Shown piece after piece: positions 47,754-63,500 of a DNA stretch of 64,000 bases. The DNA is from Paragordius varius (lineage: Eukaryota > Animalia > Nematomorpha): positions 7,006,001 to 7,070,000 of the forward strand of contig OZ176053.1 in assembly GCA_964247055.1 (NCBI GenBank). The letters are read 5' to 3'. The notes beneath the pieces were generated by a model. It ran no database searches. It worked only from the letters and a program-made list of their open reading frames with translations, and was not told the DNA's origin. Both the position numbers and the translations under genes were made by a program. Position 1 is the stretch's first letter, and each line of letters opens with the position of its first letter.

Positions 47754-50700
47754 AAGAGAAATGCAATTAAACAGCCAAATATGGAGCTATCCATAACAGA
47801 AAAATCCGAATTACCGCCAAATTTGGATAATTCAGTAGTTACACAAAAAGAATAACTTCAGAAAAATTACAATTTAATTTATTGCAGATACTCTCCCCTT
47901 AACAATCTATAGATCAAATTATAAATAAATGAAGATCATATTTTACTTACTAATTTAACAAGTGTAGAACGTTTCACTTTATTAAATACGTTAAATATTT
48001 TGTAGCAAAATAAAAATAATTGTGTATATAAGAGGGTCAAAAATTAGATCAATTTTTCGTGGACACAAACGCAGGTACACTTACAAAACACTTAATAATA
48101 CACCTAGTTAATATGTTAATTGTATTTCAAGAAAAATAGAATTCAAGTATTGTGTTACACAAACATGTAAAGGAAGAAATTTCTCTAGACGGCCTTAATT
48201 AAAAAAAAATTTTGGCCGATATGTTTTATATATAGAGCGAATTTTAGCTTCAAAAGACATGACGACAAGCGATAACAATTGCACGACGTTATTTCTCGCT
48301 TAGGCAGGAATGTCGGTCAAAAAAGAACTTCTTTTTTCAAATTCGCGCGACAATATCATCTGACCCGATATCATTGAAGCCGGCAGAAAATTTACGAATC
48401 GAATGGGACGAATATATCCCAGGCCAGATTTGATTCGTAAAACTTCATCGATAACAAAATGTAACATTAAATTTTTTTACGAGTCAAACCTACGTAAAAT
48501 ACAACTTCAAGCTTAACGTAGAGGGAAAAATGCTCGACGCTTTCATTGCAGGCATGGGAGTCAAAAAATTATTATTAGATTTGTATAGCAGATTCCCCAC
48601 TCCATGTGGGAAAACGAACCCTAACCCTAAAACAAGTGAACATTGCTCTCAATTATGAATAGGCACCTCAATTAGCACTAATCGATGGCAACATGTTACG
48701 ACAACAGCTGGGAAATACCAGAACAAGTGTCGATTCTGCCGTTTAAGTCATGACTGGAATCACCTCCAACTATACTGTAAGAAAAAAATGATTGCAATGT
48801 TTAGAACATCGAATGTGAAGCCACCCCTAAGATAACATTGATAATTAATTGAAAGCCAATACGCATGATGATGGACACAGTCAAGTGTTTCTTTTTTCGT
48901 CCCAATTCAACATTAAATTCGAAATTTCGAAAATTAAATAAGTTTTAGATCCATGTATTTTATATCATTCGAAAGAGCGTGAAAAACTGTATCTTCCAAA
49001 TGGTAGTAAATTATTTTTAATTAATCAGATGTAAAATTTATATGGTCGAAATTTTCAGCCCTGTAAACAAGTCAAAAGTTTTCACAGACAAACTATTAAT
49101 TTTAATATTATTATTATTATGGTTATATTAATGTTTGATTAAAAAAAGTCTTTGAAAAAGCTTTTGGTTTGCTTTATTATAAAATTATTATTATCTTAAA
49201 TATTTTACCTGGTGGATACTAAAATGCATAGATATAACTGTAAATTTATTGCATAATGGCCATAAAAGATCAAAATACCTTAAACTTGGTTCTTGTTTTT
49301 AAAATTTTGAAATTATAAGCTTTAAGGAAAAATAATTGATGAGATGGTAATTTTTTAAAAAACTAAACACTTAATGGCTGTTTTGAGAATAAAAGCAATA
49401 AAAAAATGTTTTAATCATTAAAACTCTCTTGTGTTTTCTTTTTTTGGACATCATCACCATATATACAAAGTTTGATTTATTTACATCCATTAGTTTTAAA
49501 AATATATTAAATAAAAAAACGCTCTCGTTTCGTGCGTTTGTCGCTCTCTATGCCCAATATTAATAATAGATGTAAAATAATGTGACCAGATATTTAGAAC
49601 CCTGGCGCAGTACAAAATTAAAACACACTTTGCCTATTTTTTAACCGGATTTTCGGTGTTTTATATTAAATGATATTGTTCGTTATTTATAAGCTCATTA
49701 GAAATTAGAATATCCAACAATAAATTTATTAAAAATTTAATATAAATGTATGTACATATAATTATAGCATATGTCATATATATGGATATATAATAATACT
49801 AGCGTAAATCTCGTGCTGCTACGCAGCTCGAGAAAGTGCTTCGGACTGGGGGGCTATTTGAAAAAAGGGACAATAAAATGATCCACATATGTAATGTGAC
49901 CAGATATTTTGAATTTTGACGCAGTACAATATTAAAACATATTTTGCTTTACAACATCGGGGTGGTATATTACACAGTCACAAAATATCTCAATGATATA
50001 TATATATATATATATATATTCTGATAAGAAAATATCAAAATTATCAAGGTTTTGGTTTTAACCCTTACCAGTTATCAAAGTAAGTTATTTACACTTTTGT
50101 GATTAAGTCCGTATATAATTGCCAAAGGTGCGCATTTTTTCAAATACATATTTTGGTGAAAGCTAAATGCTTTATTTCAAAAGATATCACTAAAAAATAT
50201 AACACAAACTAAAAGAGCAAAACAATATTTTTAATTTATAATTTTTAGATATGGGCTCTGAAAGTCTCATTTTTTTGCCTCTTTTAAAATGGACTGTGCT
50301 CTAAAAACGGAAAAATTTCGACATTATACAATAATTTCAAATATATTCTAAATTTTGTTATCGAATAAATATGTTTTTTAAAAAATGCATACCTTAAAAA
50401 TTTAATTTTTAGCAAAATTTTGTTGAAGCGTTTTTGTTTATGATGGACACGATACAAACGGTTGAGATGCTATACCATTTATATATATAATTCGATAATG
50501 CTAATTTTTCTCGTTCAGAATTTTGATTAAAATTTTCGCTCGTTTTTAAGTAAAAATTGTGTTTTATAACAAAAATTCACCAAAATTTGCAAGCAAACAA
50601 ACCTTTAATTTAAAATTCTCAACATACAGTAATTTTCAACATCATTTAACTCTTTAGAGGGTTTTATTATATCCTAAAGCTTTATACCGTTTTCATTCTG

Positions 50701-53136
50701 CTTCAAAATAGTTTGCGCTTCAATAAAATATTTCAAATTTGTTTATGAAAAATAAGAAAACTAATAAAAATTAAAGTTAAGGAAAGAAATTTAGAAATAT
50801 CATACCTCCCATCGCTGGTCAAATCATCAGGTCAGTGACTATTTATTTTTTAACCATAGTCATTGAAAAAAACACCTTTTGAAAAAATGCTAGTAAATTT
50901 TTTTTGGAAGAGAGATAGTAAGATTTTATTGTTTTTAATATATTTTTTAAAACACAAATATTATTTAAATATGCTTATTTCGAAAAACAAAACAATATAG
51001 CACTTTGCAAAATATGCAATACAATATATGTGAACCAATCAAAAATGAAAAACATCCTATAATTGGTATTTTAATGATGAAAGAAAGTGTAAAACAAATT
51101 AGGTAAAATTTAAAATATCTAGTATAAAAAATCTATGCATTTGAAGATTCAGAAGGCTACAAACATGTGGCAAAATTTATTTGAAAACAATTTCTTGATC
51201 AAATTCGATCGAAAATATATGTAAATAATAAATATCAAAAAAATGTATACAAACTTTAAAGAAAAAACATGACATTATTAATGTAACGCAAGTGTAATTT
51301 AAACTTATTTTGACAATCCAATATCGCATGATACTTATTTAAGTACAATTGGTCATGACCATGGTCTGACTGGGTCTGACCAGATTTTTTGAAAAAGTAA
51401 TCAAGCACAACCCTACTCCCACCTAATGAGTAAAGACGTAAAAACAAACAATTTTTAAATACGAAAAAACGTTTATTTCGTTATCATATGCCATATATAA
51501 TGAATTTTATATAATATGTTACGGGAATAACAATTTTCTACATAATTTCCCGTTTGATTAATATAACAAAAAAATGAAATTTTTAAACGTGCTCAAACAT
51601 TTATTAAAATATCATGAATTAATTTTGTTAACTCACTCTAAATTTGGAGGCACCTCTTTTTGCGTAAGCCCTGAATAAAAGAGCCATTAGCCTGAATCTT
51701 ACGATTCGAGATTTATAGTTTTGCCACTGCTGCCTTTATAAGCGGTTTGACGCATTCAATCCAATTTTATGTATAATACGAGTGGAAAATAAAATATTAA
51801 CCAATTAAAAATAGGCCAATCTTAGTTTTTTACCGCAAAATGAACCATTTCTTTACAATTTATGTGGTTATTAGAGGGCACTATATTAAATTCTAAAATA
51901 CTTTTATTGAATAAATAAAAGGTAATTATATATTTATATAAAATTAATTTTTTTTAATTTAAAAAAGCAGTACAAAAGTGTGCGCAGTACCGGCGCAGTT
52001 TTTTTCTGAAAACCCAGTACTGTACTGCGAAAAACAGCCTATCTGGTCACATTTTGTATTATTTTTCAATTTTTCCATTGCACACATGTCACGCTGACTA
52101 AATTTTTAACTTTAGGTTTTAGTTAAAAGTAAATATTATCAAGTATTTTTGAATAAAATTTTTAATATATTTCTGTTAATTAATGTAATATAAAAGTAAA
52201 ATTTTGCCATCGTTTCAATTCCCTCCATATTTTTTAAAGTATTTAATTTTATACAGACCAGGGGTATCCAACTACCCCAATTTGAATCGAAGGGCTAAAA
52301 TGAATGTCTTGTATCCAAGTGTTAAAAAAGGATCTGTAGCTAGCCAAATGAATAGTAATAGTAAGAACGTATGTGGTAATTGGCCAGAAATCAAATCTCC
52401 TGGGAATTATACATATCGAAATAAAAGGTCAACGAAACATTTTGGCTAGTTTTATTAGAAGCGTTCTCAAAACGGTGTGAGGTTGTGTTCACAAAGTTAT
52501 ATCCTCAACTGTTTAATATATAAATTTTTTTGGTTTGGTGTAGACGGCTTATTTCTTTAATTTCTGAAACAGATCATCGTCAGAGTTCAAAAACTATTGA
52601 TTGAAACTCCATATTAAACATTTCTCACCTATTTACCACCCTCAAACTAAAGTGTCAGTAAAAAGACGATTCGGACGATAAAGATAAAATATGACGCGAA
52701 AAAAACAAAATCGTTCAGACTTGGCGATGCTAATTTTATCGGACTATCGCTAGATGTGTCTTGTTGATCAAAAAACAGAAATATTTTTTGAACTAGAAAG
52801 CCAGCGGAATACTGAAGGGATCAGTAGATTTTAAAGATTCATCCGAAGTAACTTATTATTCGGAATGTAAAGACCAGAGGTTGGCGAAAAGACGTAGTTG
52901 CTCGCCCAATATCGCCCACATGGTCTCTGTTTTTGATGGTCGAGTTAATTTTCCCAAAAAAATGCTAAGCTGTACGCCAAAATTTGGAAGGGAGATGTTA
53001 GGAGAATTTTGTTTAGTTATAAATATTAATTCTATATTTAATAGAATATACATTCTAATTGCTATATATGTATTATTGTATTGTATTTATAACTATTCTG
53101 ATTTAATAAATAGCTTAAATATAAACAACTATTTTA

Positions 53137-53609
53137 AATATGGTAACAGCATCCGATAAAGAAACTATATTAAAGCGGGTAAAACGGTTTTCCTTGTTAA
53201 ATAATGGTAAAAGAAAAATCAATCTCGAATACTGTGCTAGAGAAGGCATTTGATTTTTCTCCAAATATAATAACAACAGCCGATAATGAGTGCTGAGAAT
53301 CGGTTAAAACAATCTTTTTTTATAGTATTAGAGCGGTACTTATCATTTACGCGACCATGTCTCATAACACATTTGATAATCACATTCATACTGCAATACT
53401 ATATTCCGAAACCACTGAAATTTAAAAAATTGATACCGGGTATTATAAGAAAATAAATCAATTGGCCTCCTATAGATGTTGAAGAATTTTTTTAAGAAGA
53501 AACCGAATGAATACCCCGAATGGTCAAAGCTTCAACACATGACGCTCTCAAATTTTACGTTCACGCTCAAAACTACGATCCAAAAAACTTACTTCCAAAT
53601 TCACCGTAA
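53137..53609 (+). pseudogene. WPPIDVE-family pseudogene (variant a), duplicate of 6245-6720
   Basis: Essentially the same sequence, ending AATTCACCGTAA. Confidence 0.85.
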
Positions 53610-53629
53610 GAGTTTTTTAACACAGTTCT

Positions 53630-53633
<4 letters not shown>

Positions 53634-53697
<64 letters not shown>

Positions 53698-53706
53698 TAT
53701 ATATAT
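53634..53706. repeat. Long interrupted (TA)n microsatellite
   Basis: About 70 bp of TA with one AA interruption; only ~5 units at the paralogous site 6743-6752. Confidence 0.95.
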
Positions 53707-56526
53707 ACATTTTAATAAATTAAATTTTATTATCGCCCTAAATCAGAAAATTTTGTTGGATATAATCCTGCAAATAAACCCAATTTAAATAATTAAATTT
53801 ATTCATTAATGAGATTTTATGAATCCTTTGTTTCAGACATTTGAGTTTATTTTTATGTATGAGTCAATACCTTCTTCAAATTAAGGGTACAGATATATTT
53901 ATAGCTATTATTCGTTTATAAATTGTAAAAAATTTATTTATTTTATTATATTTTGCCTTAAAAATTATATCAATTGAAAATCTTATACCATTTAATATGG
54001 TTGTGCGAAAAACATATTTGTGAAAATTTTGACTGACTATCTTTATAACGGCACTAAAGAATCATAATATAAATGAATATAGTTCTGCAATACAATTCGC
54101 CTAATCATCTTTGTAATTTATTGTTAAGATTTGGTAATATATATATGCACTTCATAGAGTATCCTTGAACACTTCAGGTTAGTCCTTGATCATTTGTTTG
54201 ATCCTTAAAATTTTAAATTTAGATTTAATCATAATGTTTAGATGATTTTTTTTGATTATTTTTTAACCGAATTTACTTTTATCACATATTTCTTCATTTT
54301 AAAATTAAATTGTTCATTCAAAAACCAAATATATTTGTTTTAACTTAAATTTTTTCAATTCAAAAAATATTAATTTATAAATCATGAAAATATGTAATTA
54401 ATGGCCCAGAAAACCTATATAATTTATAATTACGTATTAAATATTTATGGATAAAATATTTTTAAATTGATAAGATAGATTGTTTCTGCATGATTAAAGT
54501 TGATATTGATTAGATGTTGAATTAAGATAATAGATTAAAAATCATAAAATAGATGAATGATAAAACTATGATTGATAAAGTTAAAAATTTACAAAAAGTT
54601 AAAGGACCAACTTAAAATGTTTAAAGAGTAACTTGAAGATACTCTTGAAGTGCAAATGGTATATATATATATATATTAATTTAGATATAACTTTTAGATA
54701 CCTAAAATCCTAACTAAAACGAACAAAAATAGTATTTTGATATCAAATTGTCAAATAACGCGACAAAGATATATTTTCCATAAATTAATATTAATAAATA
54801 ATTAAACGCATATTAAAGATTCAAAAAGCAGCCTTGTGACAATGTACAGCGTGGAGAAAAAGGTATCCTACGCAAACCAAATTTTACTGTGGAAAAGGGT
54901 CAGTTACTTTAATAATTAAAATACAAAAGAATATTAGGCTCATTAATCGAACAGTCGTATTCGCGGAAAAGGTCAAAATTGGATTTGCGCTTTTCCCATT
55001 CCGTTTCTATTTGCGCGCTCTAAATTTGTTGAATTTATATAAAACGAACGACACTAAAAGTTAAAAAAGAGCCGTTGTCTGTTATAGGGTTAATATAATA
55101 TATTCCGACACCTACCAACCCTTTATAAATTCGTTGTACAATATATGCGACAATAAAAATAAGCCTATACGTTTTTCAATTGTTTTAAAGTAATTTTAAT
55201 GAAAAATTTTATGAGTTAAATTATGATATATAGATCAATCAAGATATAAATCAATCAATTAATCTACATCGCTAGTTTCAAAATATTTCTTTTTATATTT
55301 ATAGCTAATTGTATTTTTTTATAAGTGGACAGTCTTCAATAATTTGGTAATTTCTCTGAGACCATTGAACTAAGCAACTTATCTGGTGGGTCATTTTGAT
55401 TTCTCTGTAACTGGACACATACCTGGCGGTTTATTTAGCTTAATACCTATAAAACAGGTAACATATCTGGTGGTTCACATAATTTCTCAGTAGTTATATA
55501 ATTGGGCCATTCACCTGACGGTTTATTGTGATTTCTCTGTAATTATCAAATTAGGGTTAGGGTTTTTGTAATCAAAGGGTTATATTAACGTTTATATATA
55601 AATACATTTTGTCTTCAAGAGTATCTTTAAACACTTAAAGTTAGTCATTAAACATTTAAAGTTAATCCTTAAACATTTCATTGGTCCTTTAACTCTTTTT
55701 CGTTTTAAGTTTTATAAATCAAACTTTGTATCATTCATCTATTTAATGATTTTTAACTTATTCTCTTAATTCAATATAGACGCTAAATAAATATCAACTT
55801 TTAAACAATCTATCTTATTAATTTTTTAAAAAAATATTTTATATATACGTATATATAGGTTTTCTAAGCCATTAATTACAAATTCCCATGAAACATCTAT
55901 AAATTAATAATTTTTTTGAATTGAAATTTGAGAAACAAATAAATCTGGTTGTAAGAACAATATCAAAATTATGATCAATAAATTTCAAAATTTAAGGACA
56001 AATTGAAAATGATCTAGGACTTACCTGAAGTGTGTTCAAGGGCACTCTTGAAGTGCAAATTATATATATATATATATATGTTACCAAATCTTAACAATAG
56101 TTTACAAAGATGATAATTGGCAGGAAGTAGTAAAGAATTGTATTGCAGAACATGATTCCCCTATGAAATGATTCTTTAAGGCCGTTTATAAAGATAGCCA
56201 GTCAAAATTTTCACATACGAATCAGGCACGTCCATATAGAATGGATAATTTTAAAATTGATATAATTTTTATGGTGTTTTTAAAATTAAATATTTTTTTA
56301 CAACTAATCGAATAAGAACTATAGAATTTATTTGTGCCCGTAATTTGAAGAAGGTGTTCATTCATACAATAAAATAAACTCAATCTGAAAGCTATGATCC
56401 ATAATATCTCTATTCTCTAATGAATAATACTAATTATTTAAATTGAGTTTATTTACAGGATATATTTTCCGACAAAATTTTCTTATTTAGGGCAAAATTT
56501 ATCATAAAATATAGATCTGTTAACTC

Positions 56527-56870
56527 TTACGGTGAATTTGGAAGTAAGTTTCGTAATATGTTGATGATTTGAGCATTAGTCGCATTCATTAAGTTTTTTC
56601 TTTAAAAAATTCTTCAACATCTATAGGAGGCCAATTGATTTATTTTCTTATAATTCACGGTATCAATTTTTTAAATTTCAGTGGTTTCGGAATATAGTGT
56701 TGCCAGTATGAATCTGATTTCAGATGTTGTAGGAGGCATGGTCGCATAAAGGATAAGTACCGCTGTATTACTATTAAAAAAGATTGTTTAAACCGATTCT
56801 TATCACTCATTATCGGCTGTTGTTATCATATTTGGAGCAAAATTAAATGCCTTTTGTAACACAGTATTCG
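56527..56870 (-). pseudogene. WPPIDVE-family pseudogene (variant b), inverted; duplicate of 9648-9992
   Basis: Matches 9648-9992. Confidence 0.85.
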
Positions 56871-56986
56871 AAAAAATTTCAGGAGTTAAATTATGTATAT
56901 ATAGATCAATCAAGATATACATCAGTCAATTAATCTACATCGCTAGTAAAAAAAATTTTCAATAAAAAACTGAATGAATGCGCCGA

Positions 56987-57217
56987 TGCGACCATGACTC
57001 CTACAACATCTGAAATCAGATTCACACTGGCAACACGATAGGACTCAAATATTTCAAAACCAATGAAATTTAAGATGTGGATACCGGATATTATAAGAAA
57101 AAAAATCAATTGGCCTTTTATAGATGTTAAAGAATTTTTTTAAGAAAAAACTGAATGAATCCGCCTAATGCTCAAAGCATCAATATATTACGAAACTTAC
57201 TTCCAAATTCACCGTAA
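56987..57217 (+). pseudogene. WPPIDVE-family pseudogene (variant b); duplicate of 10107-10335
   Basis: Matches 10107-10335. Confidence 0.85.
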
Positions 57218-58148
57218 GAGTTAACAGATCTATATTTTATGATATATTTATTGCCCTAAATGAGAAAATTTTGTCGGAAAATATATCCTGTAAATAAACT
57301 CAATTTAAATAATTAGTATTATTCATTAGAGAATAGAGATATTATGTATCTTAGCTTTCAGACTTTGAGTTTATTTTATTGTATGAGTGGACACCTTCTT
57401 CAAATTACAAAGGGCACAAATAAATTCTATAGTTATTATTCGATTAATTGTATATTTAATTTTAAAAAGACCTTAAAAATTATATCAATTTTAAAATTAT
57501 CCATTCAATATGGACGTGCCTGATTCGTATGTGAAAATTTTGACTGGCTATCTTTATAAACGGCACTAAAGAATCAATAGGGGAATCATGTTCTGCAATA
57601 CAATACTTTACTACTTCCTGCCTAAAATTATCATCTTTGTAAACTATTGTTAAGATTTGGTAATATATATATATATTATTTGCCCTTCAAGAGTGCCCTT
57701 GAACACACTTCAGGTAAGTCCTTGATCATTTCCAGTTGGTCCTTAGATTTTAAATTTTATTGATCATAATTTTGTTATTGTTCTTTAAACCAGATTTATT
57801 TGTTTCAACTCAAATTTTTCCAATTCAACAAAATTATTAATTTATAGGTGTTTCATGGAAATTTGTAATTAATGGCTTAGAAAACCTATATAATTATTAC
57901 GTATATATAAAATATTTTTTTAAACAATTAATAAGATTTGATATTTATTTAGCGTCTATATTGAATTAGGAGAATAGGTTAAAAATCATTAAATGGATGA
58001 ATGATACAAAGTTTGATTTATAAAACTTAAAACAAAAAAGAGTTAGGACCAATGAAATGTTTAAGGATTAACTTTAAATGTTCAAGGACTAACTTGAAGT
58101 GTTTAAAGATACTCTTGAAGACAAAATGATATATTATATAATCTATAT

Positions 58149-60595
58149 CAGTGATACTCAAACCGCGGCCCGCGGGCCGCATGCGGCCCTAAGTGCTCTT
58201 TAAAAATGCACTATGACTGATATTTATTTTTTTTTAAATAATATTTATTTTTTACCCAATTTGAAATGTAGAAAAATTTTCTACATTAAAATAATTTTAA
58301 AATTTATGATTTATGGGCACACGTTGTTTCTTCTTCTTTTCTTTTTGAAATTTTTATTGCATTTCTTTTTTATTTTCACCCATTGCACATACATTTCATT
58401 ATCCTGCATCATTTTTAAAACTCATTCTCATAAAATATTTTCAACTCAATATCATTAAATTTCAACTTGTTTTTTATAGCATAATTCAATTTATATTCCT
58501 ATCTTTTTTACAGAATATTTAAACATAAATTCAAAGGATGACATCTAATGCCAAAAAACGTAAATTATCCGATGAAAATCGCTCCTTTAAAAAAGAATGG
58601 GAAACTAGTTTTTTTGTAGTTTTAAATAACAATGTTGCTACCTGCCTTATATGCAAGGACAATATAATTATAAAAAAATTCAATATTGAAAGACATTTTA
58701 AAATCCATCATTCTCATAAATTACCAGAAAATCTTGAGGAAAGAAATGAAAAATATAAAAATTTTAAGGAATTATACGAGAAAGAAAAATCTATTATGGC
58801 CATAGCTTTTTCCCAGGAAAAAGCTGTAACATTAGCTTCGTATGAAATATGCTATATTTTAGGAAAAAATATGAAACCGTTTACTAATTCCCAACTAATA
58901 AAAGAATGTTTAATAAATGGTTGCACTTTTTTATTTGATAAATTCCATAATAAAGATCAAATCATGAGACAAATTAAAAAACTTCAACTTTCTGATTCAA
59001 CATGTGCTCGACGCATTGAAGATATGTCTAAATATATTTTTAACAATACATTATTGGCTCTGAAAAATTGCAAATACTTCAGTATTGCAATCGATTCCAG
59101 CACTGATATAAGTTCAACACCTCAATGTGCGCTCTTCGTGAGATTTTGCAACGACAACATAATCAACGAGGAATATTTGAAATTTTTACCAATGAATAAT
59201 ACCACAAAAGGCAGTGATTTTCTTGAATTAGCACCTTTTTCGATAATAATGGTATATCTATGAAAAAATTGGTTTCGATCTGCACAGATGGCTGTCCCTC
59301 TATGATTGGAATAAACAAAGGGTTTATTTCTCTTTTAAAAAACAAATATAATTTGCAAAATCTATTATCCTTTCACTGCTTTATTCATCAGCAAAACTTG
59401 GTTTCGCGTGTAAAAGATGAATCACTAAATTTAGTAATTAAAACGGTTGTGGATATAGTTAACTACATCCGTGGCAGAGAATTCAATCACCGTAAATTCA
59501 AAAACCTCCTGAAAGATATCCACAGTGAGTTTGATGATATTCTTTTGTACACCGCTGTGAGATGGCTAAGCCTTAGCAAAGTATTGAATAGATTTTTTGA
59601 TTTAAGACATGAAATTCTATTATTTATAAAAGATAACAGAAAGTTTGACGAGGAAATTAATAGTGACAAATGGTGGGTTTTATTAGCCTACCTTTGCGAC
59701 ATTACTTATAAACTTAGTACTTTTAATACAAGTCTTCAAGGGAGCAAAATAATAACCCAATTTGCTAATCATATATTTGCTTTTGAAGAAAAATTAATAA
59801 TATATAAACAAGATTTTATAGATAAAACACTCCTACATTTTCCAACACTCAAAACGATTCATAAAGAAAATATGGAATTTACCGCGGATATTAATTTAAT
59901 AATAGACAATCATTTAACATTTTTATCTAATGAGATGAAATTCAGATTTCAAGAATTAAAAAATATAAAAAATTGCTTAAAGCTAGTGGAAAATCCATGG
60001 CATATGGATATATCCAACATTAAGCAACTTGAGCTTTTCGGTTTTGATCAGGCGGTTATCATTGAAGAATTCGTTGATTTTAAAAATGATTCCAATTTGG
60101 AAGCTATATTTAAGGAAAACCGTAGAGAAGAAAGATATGTAGAGTTTTGGCAAGTTGTGCCAAATAAATATGAAAATATAAAAAAATGTGCTCAAGTTGT
60201 CCTAACTATTTTTCCATCAACTTACACATGTGAGACGGCATATTCAAAAATGAAGTATATTAAGAATACTTACAGAAATCGCTTAACTAATGATCATATG
60301 GACAACGTATTAAGAATGGCCTGCCATGAGGCGAAACCAAATTTGTCAAAAATTATTGGTTAATATTAAAATAAATGTTGTTATCTATATATTTTAATTT
60401 TTAAAACTAAATGGTACAAAACGAATTTTTAGCTGGATTTACATGCGACCCGCAAAAAATTTATTGTGCTGATTTAAAGTATAAATATGTGCGTTGTCAA
60501 ATAGCTATGGAATATTTGCCATTATAAGCTTCATGGCCCTCGAAAAAAAAATATGTTTTATTTGGCCCGTCAAATTTTTTTGGTGAGTACCACTG
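58149..60595 (+). mobile_element. Second copy of the hAT transposon, 2447 bp
   Basis: Same TIRs and ATCTATAT TSD (58141-58148; 60596-60603); 4 bp shorter. Confidence 0.97.
58538..60363 (+). pseudogene. hAT transposase split by a 4-bp deletion at ~59227
   Basis: TTGAAGTAATTAGC in copy 1 is TTGAATTAGC here, giving 241-aa and 367-aa ORFs. It retains VRWLS. Confidence 0.92.
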
Positions 60596-63500
60596 ATCTA
60601 TATATATAAACGTTGATATAACCTTTTGATTCCAAAAACCTTAACTAAAATACAGATTGTAAAATAACCAAAGATATATTTTCCATAAACTAATATCTAA
60701 ATAATCAGAGACATATTATGAAAATTAAAGCTTTAAAAAGCAGCCCAGTGACTATGTACAACGTGACAGAGGAAAAAGCATCGTACGCAAATACTGTGGA
60801 AAAGGGCCACTTACTTTAATAATTAAAATACAAAATAATGTTAGGTTCATCAAATGAACCGTCGTATTCGCGGAAAAGATCAAAATTGAATTTGCGCTTT
60901 TCCCATTCCGTTTCTATTTGCGCGCTCTAAATTTTTTGAATTGTTATAAAACAAACGACACTAAAAGTTAAAAAAGAGCCGGTCCGCCTGTTATAGGGTT
61001 AATATAATAAATTACCTCACCTATCAACCCTTTATTTAATATTCGTTGCACAATATATGAGATAATAAAAATAAGCACACACATTTTTCGATTGTCAGTA
61101 ATTTCACTAAAAAAATTTAAAAGTTGTATAAATCAATTTATTAATCTACATCCCTAGTTGCAAAATAAATATTTGTATTCTAGTTTAATTATGGACAATC
61201 TTGAATAATTTGGTAATTTCTCTGAGACCATTGAACAAGGCAACTGATCTGGTGGGTCATTTTGATTTCTCTGTAGCTGGACATATACCTGACGGTTTCA
61301 CATACCTGGTGGTTTGTTTGGCTTTGCCTATAACTATGGAACAAGGCAACATATCTGGCGGTTCAACTTTAATTTACTGCGATTATGGAACTAAACATAT
61401 CGGCCGGTTTTTCTGTAACTATGAAACTAGGCAACATATTTTAAGTTAAATTCTAGGTAATTATTTGAATAGGCGACATATCTGGTGGTTTATATTGATT
61501 TGTCTGCAACCATTGAAGTAGCAAATATATCTGGTCGTTTTAAACTAGGCGACATGCCGTTTATTTTAATTTCTCTGTGATCATTAAAACTAAGCAACAT
61601 ATCTGGCGGTTTATTTTAATTTTTCTGAAACCTAAGAACTAAGGCAGCATATCCATAGGTATTTATTAAAATACCCTTTTTCCGAGTATATTTGGTTTGC
61701 GTGCGATCCATATTCCTGATTCACTGTTGCAGGTGGATATAGAGGTGTCTGAAGCTCTATTTTTCCGAACAAAACCGTTTGCGTGTGACAATACAAACAG
61801 AATAATTTATTTTATGTTAATATATTGTTTACACAATTTTATCTGACACTCTGAAGAAATAATATGTGTTGGCGGCTTTATGTGGCCTAATTCAATAATT
61901 TCAGAGAAGTAAATAACCGCCAGGATTTAGCCATTAACTACAGACAAATCAGAATGAATGACAGACAAGTTGGATAGTTCAATAGTCTCAGAGAGGCAAA
62001 TAATTGATCATTCTTACTATAAGTAATTATTACCCACATAAAGCTGTCCATAAATACTAGTTTTACAGAGTGTCATATAAAATCGTCTAAAATAATTATA
62101 TTATGTACATAAAATACATTATTCCGTTTATATGTCATATGCAAATTGTTTAAAAATATAGAGCTTCAGAAAGCATTCCTATATCTATGCGCAACAGTGA
62201 GCCAGGCAAAAATTTTATTGGGGAAAAGGGTGATTTTCTTTTATAATTATCGAGAGATATGTCGCCTTCTTGGGTTGCAGTTAAGTCAAATTGAACCCTC
62301 AATGTTGCTTAGTTCAATGGTCACAATGAAATCAAAATAAACCGCTAGATATGTCGCCTAGTTTAAAAACTCTCAGATATATTTGTCCACTTCAATGGTT
62401 ACAAAAAAATAAATATAAACCGCCAGATATGTCACCAAATTTAATAATTACATAGAAAATAACCCCAGATATGTTGATATACTTCAATGGTTGCAGAGAA
62501 ATCAGTGTGAACCGCCAGATATGTTGCTAGTTTTTAGTTGCAGAGAAACCGTCAGATATGTTAGTACCATAATCACAGTAAATTAAAAATGAACCGCCAG
62601 ATATGCTGCCTAGTTCATTGGTTTAGGAGAAACCAGTCTGAATTGCCATATATGTAGCCTAATTTTATAATTACAGAAAATCAAAATAAACCGTCAGGTA
62701 TGTTGTAACTAAGGAGAAATCAAAACCACCAGATAAATTGGCTTGTTCAATGCTCTCAAAAAATTACCAAATTATTGAAGATACTACTTATAAAAAACAA
62801 TCTATACATTTCACTCTAAACTTATAAAGAGTATATTAGCGATGTAGATTAATGTTTCAAATGGTTTATATCTTCATATTTTATAAAATAAAGCAGTGAA
62901 ATCAAATTAAGACAATCGAACAACGTGTTTTATTTTAATTATTGTATTTGGTAGGTGTGGTAATTCATTATAATTCTATAAAAGCGAAGCGGCCCTTTTT
63001 TAGCGTTTAATTTCGTTAGTCCTCTTAAAATTTCAACAAATTAGAGAGCGCTAAAAGAAACATAATGGGAAAACTAAGTAACTCCAATTTTGACCTTTCC
63101 CGCGTAACCCTTCGAGTAATGCCCCTAACATTAAACAATTTTATACACTCTCATATATGCATGTTAATATACAGATATACCTACTAATTGAACAATTATA
63201 TGACAATCCACTTTATTTAATGGTTAAATACTTTAAATATTAAGTACTAAAAGAATAAAGATAATTGTGGTGCATACGTAAGCGGGTTCGACCATTTTTT
63301 ATTATAATTACAGTAAAATATTGTTAATTTTTAACGAATGTCTCAGTGTTTCATCGATTAATTGCGTTGCCGTTACGACGCGGACATAAAAGTCAAAATA
63401 ATATATATGAATCACGATAAAGACATAAAATCTATATTTCCTGAATCATTATGCGCACTAATTTTTGAAAATATTAGGGATAATGAAATTAGCTGTTTAT

